Both the position numbers and the translations under genes were made by a program. Shown here in pieces: positions 27,221 to 36,510 of a stretch of 42,624 nt of DNA. The stretch spans positions 1-42,624 of the forward strand of contig JADIZX010000009.1 of the NCBI GenBank assembly GCA_016704525.1. The letters run 5' to 3'. The notes under the pieces are model-generated. The model worked only from the letters and a program-made list of their open reading frames with translations, did no database searches and was not told where the DNA came from. The DNA is from Myxococcales bacterium (GTDB taxonomy: Bacteria > Myxococcota_A > Polyangia > Polyangiales > Polyangiaceae). Every line of letters begins with the position of its first letter. Position 1 is the stretch's first letter.

Positions 27221-28978
27221 TTAGCTCGCCTCGCGGGCGGGCTCGCCGAGGCGACGCGCGGACGCCTTGGGCGGCGGCCACGCGGGACGCGCCTCGCCGC
27301 TCGCGAGCGCATTGCCCACGAGCGGCGGGGTGCGCAGCGACACCACGCCGTCGGGGAAGAAGTCGTCGAAGCGGAGCGTGCGCGCGCGCTCGAGCCGTTC
27401 GGCCACTGCCGCCGCGCGATCGAACGCGAGCCCCACGCCATGCACGCGCAGATCGCCCTCGAGCCTGTGGCGCAGGTGCGTGAGGCGCTTCAGCGTGGAG
27501 AGGTACGCGCCGCGCCAGATCTCCAGGTAGGGCCGGTGGTCCATCGGGTTCTGCGAGATGAGGCGCCGCAGCCGGTTGGCGGGCACGAACGTGTACGTGC
27601 TCACGTCGGGGTGCTTGCGCAGCACCGAGTTTCGCGTGGCCTCGTAGCGCGTATAGGAGATGGTGCGCACGTCCTGGTCGATGTTGTAGAGGAGGCCGCG
27701 GCGATCGTTGTAGCCGGGCGTCCGCGCGACGTACGGGAGGAACGGGTCGAGCACGAAGATGAGCGTCGCGCCCCGGCGCATGGCCTCGACGAAGTTCGAC
27801 GTGCGGGTGATCGCGCCGTCTTCGTAGTAGCGGCCGCCGATGGGGGTCGCCGAGAACGCGGGGTTGATGCTCAGCGAGGCCTGGATCGCTCGGCTGATCG
27901 GCACGTCGCTGTGCGTCTCGTCGCCGAACAGCACGTGCGTGCGGGCGTCTTGGTCGGTCGCGCCCACGAAGAGCCGGCCGCCGAGGCGCGCGAAGTCGTT
28001 GGTGGCGCCGGGCGCGGTGAGGATGGCGCGGAGCGTGGTCTCGAAGCGGTCGGCCCGGAACGGCGGCGCGACGAGGTCGACGTAGTCGAACAACAGCTGC
28101 TCGCGCGAGAGCCCGCGCGCGCGGCGCAGGGGTCGCGTGAGGCCTGTCCACGCGGTCTTGGCGGCGAAGCCGAGGCGCCGCGCGAAGCCGGAGACGTCGA
28201 GGTGCCCGAGCCGAAAGATGCGCAGATCGAGGGGCGCGATGCGGCCGCCGGGGTGGCCGGCGATGGCGGCCATGAACTCGTCGACCGAGTAGCCCATCGC
28301 GATGGGGCCGTTCACGACGGCGCCCGCGCTGATGCCGAAGTACATGTCGAAGCCGTTGGCGCCGCCGGCGTCGAGGCAGTCGTCTAGGCACTTCATGACG
28401 CCGAGCTCGAAGAAGATCCCGGTGATACCGCCGCCCGCCGCGCAGAGCGCCCGCTTGCCGGTCTTGCGCTCGGTGAGGGCGCGGCGCGCCTCGGCGAGGA
28501 ACACGGCGCCCCACACGCCGTCGGCGCCCGCCTCGCGCTCCGCAGAGAAGGACTCGTGCCGCACCACGCGCCCGACGCCGCGCGCGCCGAGCTCGAGGAC
28601 GAGGCGGTCGGTGGCGGCGCAGGCGGCCCCGGAGAGCAGCACCACGATGCGGTGGAACGCGTAGCGGTCTTCCACGTCCTCGGTGGCGTCGAGGCGGTCG
28701 AGCACGTCGAACACGCCCGCGGCTCGCGCGGCGCGGTCGGCGCCGTCGGCCCCGCGGAGGTCGAGCACGAGGAGGTTCACGTACGACCGGTGCAGCTCCG
28801 CGACGAGCTCGCCTACCTCGGGCCGGCTCACGAGGTCGCAGGCGAGCCCTTCCCATACGACCGTGCCCGCAGCGACCGACGCGTGCTCCGCCGAGGAGAG
28901 CGACCGGACGAAGCCCTCGAACTGCGCCTCGGAGGGGCCGTGATAGAGAATTCGCTTGGGTTTTTCAGCGGTTGGCAC
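27221..28978 (-). CDS. patatin-like phospholipase-family protein with an N-terminal regulatory domain
   Basis: Glycine-rich oxyanion loop (CAAGGGITGIFFELGV). GxSxG nucleophile elbow (GISAG). Catalytic Asp in DGA (YYEDGAI). The overlapping 631-aa ORF in another frame is Arg-rich and rejected. Confidence 0.8.
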   Translation of the reverse strand: MPTAEKPKRILYHGPSEAQFEGFVRSLSSAEHASVAAGTVVWEGLACDLVSRPEVGELVAELHRSYVNLLVLDLRGADGADRAARAAGVFDVLDRLDATEDVEDRYAFHRIVVLLSGAACAATDRLVLELGARGVGRVVRHESFSAEREAGADGVWGAVFLAEARRALTERKTGKRALCAAGGGITGIFFELGVMKCLDDCLDAGGANGFDMYFGISAGAVVNGPIAMGYSVDEFMAAIAGHPGGRIAPLDLRIFRLGHLDVSGFARRLGFAAKTAWTGLTRPLRRARGLSREQLLFDYVDLVAPPFRADRFETTLRAILTAPGATNDFARLGGRLFVGATDQDARTHVLFGDETHSDVPISRAIQASLSINPAFSATPIGGRYYEDGAITRTSNFVEAMRRGATLIFVLDPFLPYVARTPGYNDRRGLLYNIDQDVRTISYTRYEATRNSVLRKHPDVSTYTFVPANRLRRLISQNPMDHRPYLEIWRGAYLSTLKRLTHLRHRLEGDLRVHGVGLAFDRAAAVAERLERARTLRFDDFFPDGVVSLRTPPLVGNALASGEARPAWPPPKASARRLGEPAREAS

Positions 28979-29112
28979 CGAGGGAAGCCTACCTCAGGCG
29001 GTGGTCCGCGTGAACCTGAAGGTGAGCCCCGAAGGCGCGAACGGAGGGTCGATGGCGACCCCGAGCCGGAGGCGAGGTGGCGACCTGACCGACATTCCCA
29101 CGGAAGGCGCGC

Positions 29113-29805
29113 CTACTCGGTGACGAGGCCCGCCTCGCGCGCCTGCCTCGCGCGCCGCCGGTCGAGCAGCGTGCGCAGCGCGGGTGGGAGGCCCTGAGAC
29201 ACCTGGTCCTCGGACACGTCGCCGCACTGCCGGCCGACCTCTCTCGCCGCGACCGCGAGGAGGATGGCCTGCCCGATCGACAGCAGGGCGTACGCGCCGA
29301 CGAACAGCGCGAGCGGGCCGAGCTCGCGCGAGTCGAGGGCGAGCGCCGTCGCCGAGGCGAGCACGAGCAGCACGTTGAAGTAGAACGACACGGCCGCCGC
29401 GCGCGCGGCCGACACCGCCCCGACGGGATCGCAGCGGAGCAGCTTGGACCCCGACAGCCAGAGCCACGCCGCGAGGACGAGCCCCGGGATGCTGAGGAGC
29501 CCCGCGCCCATCGCGACCAAGCCGAGGAGCGCCCACGCGAGCCCCGGCAGGAACATGGAGCCCATCACGAAGCAGCTCAGCGCGGCGAGCCGCACCACCC
29601 CCGGCGCGCGCTCGAGATGACCCGTGAAGACCGGGCCGCCCGAGCGGTAGGCGCTGCGGTCGAGCACCTCGGGCGCCTTCCGGAAGGTCTGCCACGTAGG
29701 GCGGGTCTTCGCCTCCTCGCGGAGGTACACGACGGCGCCCGCCAAAGGCGCGGCGTGGGTGATCGCGAACGCGCTGACGAGCCCGAAAAATATGCCGTCC
29801 GACAT
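29113..29805 (-). CDS. hypothetical integral membrane protein (about 6 TM helices)
   Basis: Internal ATG at 29805 (MSDGIFFGLVSAFAITHAAPLAGAVVY...). Multiple hydrophobic helices. The upstream part of the ORF is Arg/Gly-rich junk. Confidence 0.5.
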   Translation of the reverse strand: MSDGIFFGLVSAFAITHAAPLAGAVVYLREEAKTRPTWQTFRKAPEVLDRSAYRSGGPVFTGHLERAPGVVRLAALSCFVMGSMFLPGLAWALLGLVAMGAGLLSIPGLVLAAWLWLSGSKLLRCDPVGAVSAARAAAVSFYFNVLLVLASATALALDSRELGPLALFVGAYALLSIGQAILLAVAAREVGRQCGDVSEDQVSQGLPPALRTLLDRRRARQAREAGLVTE

Positions 29806-30007
29806 GGTTCCCGTCCAATCGTGAGCGACGCGGAGAGCTCCCTGGGCCGGCGCTCCGCCCGTTCCCCCACCAGAGACGCTAGGGGTCGACCGCGCGCAGA
29901 GCAAGGCGGCGGGCGCGCCGCGCCTGCCCTCCCGGAACGCCCCCGGGTGCGACGGCATTCCGCCCCGCCCGCCGCAGAAATCGCCCGGGCCGTGACGGGG
30001 CGCGGGT

Positions 30008-30862
30008 ATGCTGCGATCCCCCATGATCGACAGTGCCTCCTCCGTCCGCGCCCGGCTCGAAGAGACCGTCAGCGCCGTGCGCGCCAAGTCCTCCCACCAA
30101 CCTCGCGTCGGCCTCGTCCTCGGGAGCGGCCTCGGCGCCTTCGGTGACACGCTCGACGACTTGGTAAAGATTCCTTACCATGAGCTGCCCCACCTCCCGC
30201 AGTCGAAGGTGGTCGGCCACTCGGGGAACCTCTGCTTCGGCAAGGTGAACGGCGTGCCGGTCGTGTGCATGCAGGGGCGCATTCACCTCTACGAGGGGCA
30301 CTCGGTGGAGGCCGTGGTGCACGGCGCGCGCACGCTCGCGAGGCTCGGGGTCGAGTCGGTGCTCATCACGAACGCCGCCGGCGGCATCGAGCCGGAGTGG
30401 GCGCCGGGCGATCTCATGGTGCTCACCGACCACCTGAACCTCACGGGGCACAACCCGCTCGTGGGCCCCAACGACGACGCGCTCGGCCCGCGCTTCCCGG
30501 ACATGTCGGCCGCGTACGACCCGAAGCTCCGCGGCGCCGCGCACCACGCCGCCCGCGAGGCGGGGTTCTCCTTGCGCGAGGGCGTGTACGCCGGCCTGCT
30601 CGGGCCGACGTACGAGACCCCCGCCGAGGTGCGCATGCTCCGCGCCCTGGGCGCGCAAGCGGTGGGCATGAGCACCGTGCTCGAGACCATCGCCCTCCGG
30701 CACATGAAGGTGCGGGTGGGCGCGCTGTCCTGCATCACCAACCTGGCCGCCGGCCTCTCGAAGACCGAGCTCGATCACTCCGAGGTCGAGCAGACCGCGC
30801 GCGGCGCGCGCGAGCGGCTCACGGCGCTGCTGCGCGGCTGGATCCAAGGGGCCGCGGCGTGA
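30008..30862 (+). CDS. purine nucleoside phosphorylase (PNP/MTAP family, trimeric type)
   Basis: Conserved phosphate-binding (LGSGLG) and catalytic-region (VGMSTVLETIALRHMKVRVGALSCITNLAAG) motifs. The start may be the ATG at 30023. Confidence 0.85.
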   Translation: MLRSPMIDSASSVRARLEETVSAVRAKSSHQPRVGLVLGSGLGAFGDTLDDLVKIPYHELPHLPQSKVVGHSGNLCFGKVNGVPVVCMQGRIHLYEGHSVEAVVHGARTLARLGVESVLITNAAGGIEPEWAPGDLMVLTDHLNLTGHNPLVGPNDDALGPRFPDMSAAYDPKLRGAAHHAAREAGFSLREGVYAGLLGPTYETPAEVRMLRALGAQAVGMSTVLETIALRHMKVRVGALSCITNLAAGLSKTELDHSEVEQTARGARERLTALLRGWIQGAAA

Positions 30863-31314
30863 GCGGCGAGCCCACCCGGCCCCAGGTCGATCTCCTCGCC
30901 GCGCTCGTCGCCGAGGCCCGCGTGGCCCAGGCGCGCGCGTACGCGCCGTACTCGGGCTTCCACGTGGGCGCCGCGCTGCTCACGAAGAGCGGCCGGGTGT
31001 TCGTGGGGTGCAACGTGGAGAACGCGTCGTACCCCGCGGGCATCTGCGCCGAGCGCACCGCCATCGTCTCCATGATCGCCGCCGGCGAGCGCGACCCCGT
31101 GGCGATGGCGATCGTCACGCCGGGCAAGCGCGGCGGCTCGCCGTGCGGCATCTGCCGGCAGACCCTGAGCGAGTTCGCGCGCGACATGCCAATCGCGCTC
31201 GTGGGCGTGGACGGCGACAAGGAGGCGCGGCGTGACACGCGGCTCGCGGCGCTCTTGCCGGACGCGTTCGACTTCGAGCCCGAGCACGACCCGCGCTCGC
31301 GCAAGAGCCCCTGA
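30859..31314 (+). CDS. cdd: cytidine deaminase (homotetrameric type)
   Basis: GTG start overlaps the PNP stop (GTGA). Zinc motifs (CAERTAI and PCGICRQ). 151 aa. Confidence 0.85.
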   Translation: MSGEPTRPQVDLLAALVAEARVAQARAYAPYSGFHVGAALLTKSGRVFVGCNVENASYPAGICAERTAIVSMIAAGERDPVAMAIVTPGKRGGSPCGICRQTLSEFARDMPIALVGVDGDKEARRDTRLAALLPDAFDFEPEHDPRSRKSP

Positions 31315-31370
31315 CCCCCGGGCGAGCCCAGGGCCGGCGCAAACGTGCAGGTTGCACACAAATGCGTCGC

Positions 31371-32600
31371 TCAGAAGAAGCGCAGGCCAAACCCGATGGG
31401 CGCGTAGAGCACGCGGTTGTCGTTGGCGGGGTTCGCGAAATAGTAGCCAATGCTCGCTGTGATGAGCCACTGGCCATAGGGCTTCGTGGCCACCGAGAAG
31501 GCGAGGTCGAAGGTGGGCGAGAACACGATGTTCGTCGCCAGCTTGGTCGTCCCGGTGCAGCTCTGCGCCTGCCCGCCGAGCAGGCCAACCCCGAGCCACG
31601 CCCAGTCGAGCGCGCGCACGGAGATCGCCGGGCCCATGGAGAGGAAGTTCGAGCCCGCCACGCTGCCACACTCCGACCCGATGGCGGTGAGCGCGCGGAC
31701 GAGGATCTCGGCGCGGCGCGTGAACGCGTAGCCGCCCTCGACCGCGAGCCCGATGGAGGCGCCGGTCGCGCTCGCCTCCTGCGGGCCCTTGTCGGCCTTG
31801 AAGAAGGCGTAGGGGACCGCGACGAAGTGGGCGCCGAACACGAAGCCGTCGGGCGCCGGAGCCGGCGGAGTCTTCGGAGGCACGGGCGGCGTAGGCGCGG
31901 GCACCTCGGCCGGCGGGGGGCGTGACGCCGGCGCGCGCGGCGCAGGCATCGCAAGACTGGGCCGCTTGAACCTGAGCGTCTCCGACGCGCGGGGCTCCAG
32001 TGTGAGATCGCGCTCTTCGCGGTACTCATCGGCCTCCACGACGACGTGGTGGGCGCCCGCGCCGAGGAGCACGGCGGTGGGGGTGCGCTCCTGCAGCTGC
32101 GCACCGTCGATGAAGACGCGCATGCCGGGCGGCTCGCTCTCGACGCGGAGGCGCGCCGCGCGCGCCTTCAGCTGTGCGGCGGCGACCGCGGCGGCGGTGG
32201 CGAACTCGCCCCGCTCGCCCTCGTCGGCGATGTACCGCTCATAGCCGTCGACGGCGGCCTGGACGCGCCCGAGCCGCTCGTCGCAGAGCGCGAGGTTGTA
32301 GACGATGACCGGAGCGTGGTGGAGCTGCTCCGCCTCGGCGAAGCGCTGTCGTGCGCCGAGGACGTCGCCACCCTGGTAGAGCTTCACTCCCTCCTGGAAG
32401 AGAGAGCGCGCCCGCTCCACCGCCCCGGTGCCCGGCGCGGCCCGCGACTCCTCGGCGCGGGCTGCGCGGGGCGCGGCGGCGCCCCAGGTGAAGGTGGAGG
32501 CGCACGCGCACGCCACGAGCCAGCGCCCGAGGCGGGCGGTGCGCGCGCCGACCACGGCCCCTCCCGCCCTCGCACGCACCGCATTCACGCGAGCGACCAC
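31371..32600 (-). CDS. secreted TPR-like + PEGA-domain protein with a C-terminal beta-barrel-like region
   Basis: Signal peptide (RLGRWLVACACASTFTWGAAAP). TPR-like helices (ARSLFQEGVKLYQGGDVLGARQRFAEAEQL). PEGA motif (LRVESEPPGMRVFIDGAQLQERTPTAVLLGAGAHHVVVEADEY). C-terminus ends GFGLRFF. Confidence 0.6.
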   Translation of the reverse strand: MVARVNAVRARAGGAVVGARTARLGRWLVACACASTFTWGAAAPRAARAEESRAAPGTGAVERARSLFQEGVKLYQGGDVLGARQRFAEAEQLHHAPVIVYNLALCDERLGRVQAAVDGYERYIADEGERGEFATAAAVAAAQLKARAARLRVESEPPGMRVFIDGAQLQERTPTAVLLGAGAHHVVVEADEYREERDLTLEPRASETLRFKRPSLAMPAPRAPASRPPPAEVPAPTPPVPPKTPPAPAPDGFVFGAHFVAVPYAFFKADKGPQEASATGASIGLAVEGGYAFTRRAEILVRALTAIGSECGSVAGSNFLSMGPAISVRALDWAWLGVGLLGGQAQSCTGTTKLATNIVFSPTFDLAFSVATKPYGQWLITASIGYYFANPANDNRVLYAPIGFGLRFF

Positions 32601-32658
32601 GCCTGGAAGCTAGCAGGCGCGACGCGGCGCGGGCCGAAAAACGCGCCCTCGCGCGACT

Positions 32659-34101
32659 CTACTTCTCCACCTTGCAGTCGAGATCCTCGCTCACGAGCTC
32701 TCCGCCCGCGGCGCCGCCGTCACGCACGTAGACGACGGTGAACCCGCCACGCGGCTTCGCGAACAGGCGCGCCTCGGACGCCTTCTCGTCGTCCTTCGAC
32801 ACGGCGTACGCGCGCCCCTGCGAGCGGAAATCGGCGCTGATCGGCATGATCTCGAGGGTGCCCTTCCCCTTCTCGACGTCGTCGAGGTAGGCGATCCAGC
32901 GCTGGCCCTTGTCGTCGCGGAGGAACTCGGGGCGCGAGGCCGTGTGCGCCGCGGAGTCTTCGTCGGTCACGTTCGTGAACCCCGCGGGCAGCTTGCCGCC
33001 CGCGACGCGCGCGCCGCGGAGGGTCTGCACGCCCTTGCCGGTCGCCTGGGCCGCCACGAGCACGGTGTCGGCGCCGTCGCGGGCGATGTCGGGCATCTGG
33101 AAGTAGCCGGGGTAGCTCTTCGGCGCGCCCATCGGCTTCTTGTCGTGCGACATGAACGACGCGACGAGCGAGCCGCCCGCGCGCGCGGCCACGAAGAACG
33201 AGCCGTCCCCCAGCTCGTCGGAGATGGGCGTGTCGTAGTCGATTCGCTTGAACGGGCTCGCGCTCATCGGCGTGGCGTGCACGAGGCCCTCGCTGTTCGG
33301 CGTGGCGATGGTGAGCTCCGCCTGGGGCTTGGCGTCCGCTCCGTCCATGCGGACCTTGAAGCTCGACACGACGACCCACTCCTCGTTGCGCTTGGGGTCG
33401 AAGAACGTACGGCAGTCGCGCACCTCGCGGTAGGGCGAGGCCGCCGTGACGTGGTGGGCGGCGACGAACGCCGGCACCGGGTCTTTCGAGGTCTTTGGAT
33501 CATCGAGCACCGCCGGGCCTTCCCAGTCGACCCAGCGCTCGGTGATGTCGGTGGGGCCGCACACGACGTGGCGCTGCTTCGGGCCCGCCGGGTCGGCGCC
33601 CTTGACCTCGTCGCGGAAGTCGACGAACGCCCGCACGTTCGCGCCCTCGATCTTCACGGGCGTCACGCGCCAGACGATGCGCGTCCCCTCGCCGGCCTTC
33701 GGGGCCTTGGCGAACTTCGAGCCGGGGTTCACTGTGACCTTCTTTAGGCCGCCCGCCGCCCCCTCCTTCACGACGAGCACGTACGGCGTGTTACCGAGCG
33801 CGAGCCCGACGACGTCGGTGCCGTCGGGGAGCTCCTCCGCCGTGAGCCCCGTGAGCGTGTTGACGCCCTTGGTCCACACCTTCTGGTTCTGCACCGTGCA
33901 GGTGGGCTTCAGCTCGGGCGCGCTCGGCGCGCTGGACGCGCTCGCCGTCGCGACGGGGCTGCCCGACCCCGCCGCGCTCGCCGTGGCCGACGAAGCGGTG
34001 GCGCCGCCGCCGGTGTCGTCCTTCTTCTTGGGGCAGCCCAGGAGGGCCGTCATGGAGAGCAGTGACACGACGGAGAGCAACAGCGGAGCGGGTCTTTGCA
34101 T
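32659..34101 (-). CDS. hypothetical lipoprotein (480 aa)
   Basis: Signal and lipobox: LLSVVSLLSMTALLGC. Ser/Ala-rich linker. No recognised catalytic motif. Confidence 0.55.
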   Translation of the reverse strand: MQRPAPLLLSVVSLLSMTALLGCPKKKDDTGGGATASSATASAAGSGSPVATASASSAPSAPELKPTCTVQNQKVWTKGVNTLTGLTAEELPDGTDVVGLALGNTPYVLVVKEGAAGGLKKVTVNPGSKFAKAPKAGEGTRIVWRVTPVKIEGANVRAFVDFRDEVKGADPAGPKQRHVVCGPTDITERWVDWEGPAVLDDPKTSKDPVPAFVAAHHVTAASPYREVRDCRTFFDPKRNEEWVVVSSFKVRMDGADAKPQAELTIATPNSEGLVHATPMSASPFKRIDYDTPISDELGDGSFFVAARAGGSLVASFMSHDKKPMGAPKSYPGYFQMPDIARDGADTVLVAAQATGKGVQTLRGARVAGGKLPAGFTNVTDEDSAAHTASRPEFLRDDKGQRWIAYLDDVEKGKGTLEIMPISADFRSQGRAYAVSKDDEKASEARLFAKPRGGFTVVYVRDGGAAGGELVSEDLDCKVEK

Positions 34102-34150
34102 CGGGCGATGCTACCAAGGTTGCCCGCTCGCGCGTCAACCCCAACGCGCC

Positions 34151-36439
34151 TCAGTCCGGACGGTTCTTGCGGCGTCGCGTCGTCTTCGGCACCTTGCCCT
34201 CGAGCGGAGAACGCTGCGCAGTGGGCATCATGTGGAAGCGGCTCCCTGGCCGGGCCGCGACCTCCGCGACGCGGACCACCTCTCGGGTGAGCTCTTGGAA
34301 GCGGTACTGCGAGCGGAACGCGGGCGCGCCCGCCTTTGGCTGGACCCGCTGGTAGCGCCCGTCGCTCTGGAGGGCCCACGACTTGGCCGTGTCCTGGCTC
34401 GAGATCGAGAGCATGTCCGCGAGCTTCGCGCGCAGGGTGGGCTCCTCGATGGGGATCATCACCTCGACCCGCCGGTGGAAGTTTCGCGGCATCCAGTCGG
34501 CGCTCGAGAGATAGACCTCCTCTTTTCCGCCGTTGGAGAAGCGAAACACGCGACCGTGCTCCAGGTACCGATCGACGATGGCGCGCACCTCGATGTTTTC
34601 GCTCACGTTCGGGACACCGGGTCGCAGGCAGCAGATACCGCGAATGAGCAAGGTGATCTGCACGCCTGCCTGGGAGGCGCGGTAGAGGGCCTCGATCACG
34701 TCTTCGTCGACGAGCGAGTTCATCTTGGCCACGATGCGCGCCGGCTTCCCGTGGCGAGCCTGCTCGGCCTCGCGCGCGATGAGGCCCAGCACCGCCTCGT
34801 GGAGGCCGAGGGGCGCGACGATGAGCGAGTTCCACTTCGCCGGCGCGCTGTAGCCGGTGAGCAGGTTGAAGAGCGACGACGCGTCTTCCCCGATGCTGGT
34901 GCGGCACGTGAGGAGCGAAACGTCGGTGTAGTGCCTCGCGGTCCCCGGGTTGTAGTTGCCAGTCGACAGGTGCACGTACCGCCGCAGTCCGGCGCGCTCC
35001 CGCCGGACGATGAGCAGGCACTTCGCGTGGGTCTTGAGGCCCATGAGGCCATAGACCACGTGCACGCCGCTCTGCTCGAGGGTGCGGGCCCACTGGATGT
35101 TGGACTCTTCGTCGAAGCGGGCCTTCAGCTCGACGATGGCGGTGACCTGCTTGCCCGACTCCGCGGCCCGCGCGAGCGCCTTGACGATGGGAGAGTCGCC
35201 GCCGGCGCGGTAGAGGGTCTGCTTGATAGCCAACACGTCGGGGTCTTCGGCCGCGCGGCTGACGAGCTCGACGATCGGATCGAACGACTCGTAGGGGTGG
35301 TGAAGCAGGATGTCGCCGTCGCGGATGGCAGCGAAGATGTCCTCCGCGTCGCGCAGCGGCGGCACGGCGAGCGGCACGTACGGCTCATCGCGCAGGTTGC
35401 GCCGCTCCTCGCGCGCGAACAGCGCGAGGAGATCGCTCACGTTCAGGACCGCCGTCGTGCGGTAGACGTCGCGCGCGGGGTCGAGCTTCAGGGCCTTCAC
35501 CAGCTTGGAGAGCGACGCCTCGGTGTACTCTCCGGACACCTCCAGCCTGACGGCGTTGCCGCGCTCGCGGCGGCGGAGCTCCTGCTGAATCGTCTGGAGG
35601 AGATCTTCCGCCTCCTCCTCGTCGATCTCGATGTCGAAGTTGCGTGTCACGCGGAACGCGTAGACCCCCTTCAGCCGCACCCCTGGGAAGATCATGTCGA
35701 CGTGCCGCGCGACGATGTCCTCGAGCAGCACGAACGCGTGCGGCGCGACGACGCCGGCGGCGCTCGGGACCGGGCCCACCATCATGAGGCGAGGCAACAT
35801 CGTGGGCACTTGCACGACGCCGAAGTTCACGTCGCCCGAGCCGTCGCGCGAGAACATGACGCCGAGGTTCAGGCTCTTGTTGCGCACGTGAGGGAACGGG
35901 TGCCCCGGGTCGATCGCGATGGGCGTGAGGACCGGGAAGATCTCGCTGTGGAACCGCTCGTCGAGGCGGGCGAGCGCGTCCTCGGGGAGCTCCGCGGGCT
36001 TCAGCCACGCGTAGCCCTGCTCGGCCAGGGCGGGCAGGAGGTGGTGCTTCAGCACCTCGTCCTGGTGGAGCATCATCTCGTGCACTCGCTCGGAGATGCG
36101 GGTGATCTGATCGGCCACGCTCATGCCGTCGGGCGCGATCTCGCCGACCGCGCCGGTGAGCTGCTGCTTCAGGCCAGCCACCCGGACCATGAAGAACTCG
36201 TCGAGGTTCGACGTGACGATCGCGTGGAATTTCAGGCGCTCGAGGAGCGGCACGGTCTCGGTCTCGGCCTCGGCCAGCACGCGCGCGTTGAACTCGAGCC
36301 AGGACAGCTCGCGGTTCAGATAGAGGTGCGGGGCGCGCAGGTCGTCGGCCTCGCGGCTCGCCGGTGGCATCGACGCGGAGGTCGAGTGCGGTCCGGCGGG
36401 CGACGTGGTGGAGAGCGGCGCCGGCTCGATGGGATCCAT
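34151..36439 (-). CDS. ppk: polyphosphate kinase 1
   Basis: PPK1 N-domain (LYLNRELSWLEFNARVLAEAE...LKFHAIVTSNLDEFFMVRVAGLK) plus two PLD-like C-domains. The start may be the internal ATG near 36370 (MPPASREADD...). Confidence 0.9.
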   Translation of the reverse strand: MDPIEPAPLSTTSPAGPHSTSASMPPASREADDLRAPHLYLNRELSWLEFNARVLAEAETETVPLLERLKFHAIVTSNLDEFFMVRVAGLKQQLTGAVGEIAPDGMSVADQITRISERVHEMMLHQDEVLKHHLLPALAEQGYAWLKPAELPEDALARLDERFHSEIFPVLTPIAIDPGHPFPHVRNKSLNLGVMFSRDGSGDVNFGVVQVPTMLPRLMMVGPVPSAAGVVAPHAFVLLEDIVARHVDMIFPGVRLKGVYAFRVTRNFDIEIDEEEAEDLLQTIQQELRRRERGNAVRLEVSGEYTEASLSKLVKALKLDPARDVYRTTAVLNVSDLLALFAREERRNLRDEPYVPLAVPPLRDAEDIFAAIRDGDILLHHPYESFDPIVELVSRAAEDPDVLAIKQTLYRAGGDSPIVKALARAAESGKQVTAIVELKARFDEESNIQWARTLEQSGVHVVYGLMGLKTHAKCLLIVRRERAGLRRYVHLSTGNYNPGTARHYTDVSLLTCRTSIGEDASSLFNLLTGYSAPAKWNSLIVAPLGLHEAVLGLIAREAEQARHGKPARIVAKMNSLVDEDVIEALYRASQAGVQITLLIRGICCLRPGVPNVSENIEVRAIVDRYLEHGRVFRFSNGGKEEVYLSSADWMPRNFHRRVEVMIPIEEPTLRAKLADMLSISSQDTAKSWALQSDGRYQRVQPKAGAPAFRSQYRFQELTREVVRVAEVAARPGSRFHMMPTAQRSPLEGKVPKTTRRRKNRPD

Positions 36440-36510
36440 GCGTGGTCCGTTCTACAAGAACGCTTTCGGAACACCAACTTGCGCGCAACCTGGCCCGACC
36501 TGCGTCGGGG

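Noticed and set aside
26961-28856. 631-aa minus-strand ORF
   Set aside because: Alternative frame of the patatin-like gene region. Extremely Arg-rich (RRARRGAAPVV...). The patatin frame carries the GxSxG and DGA motifs.
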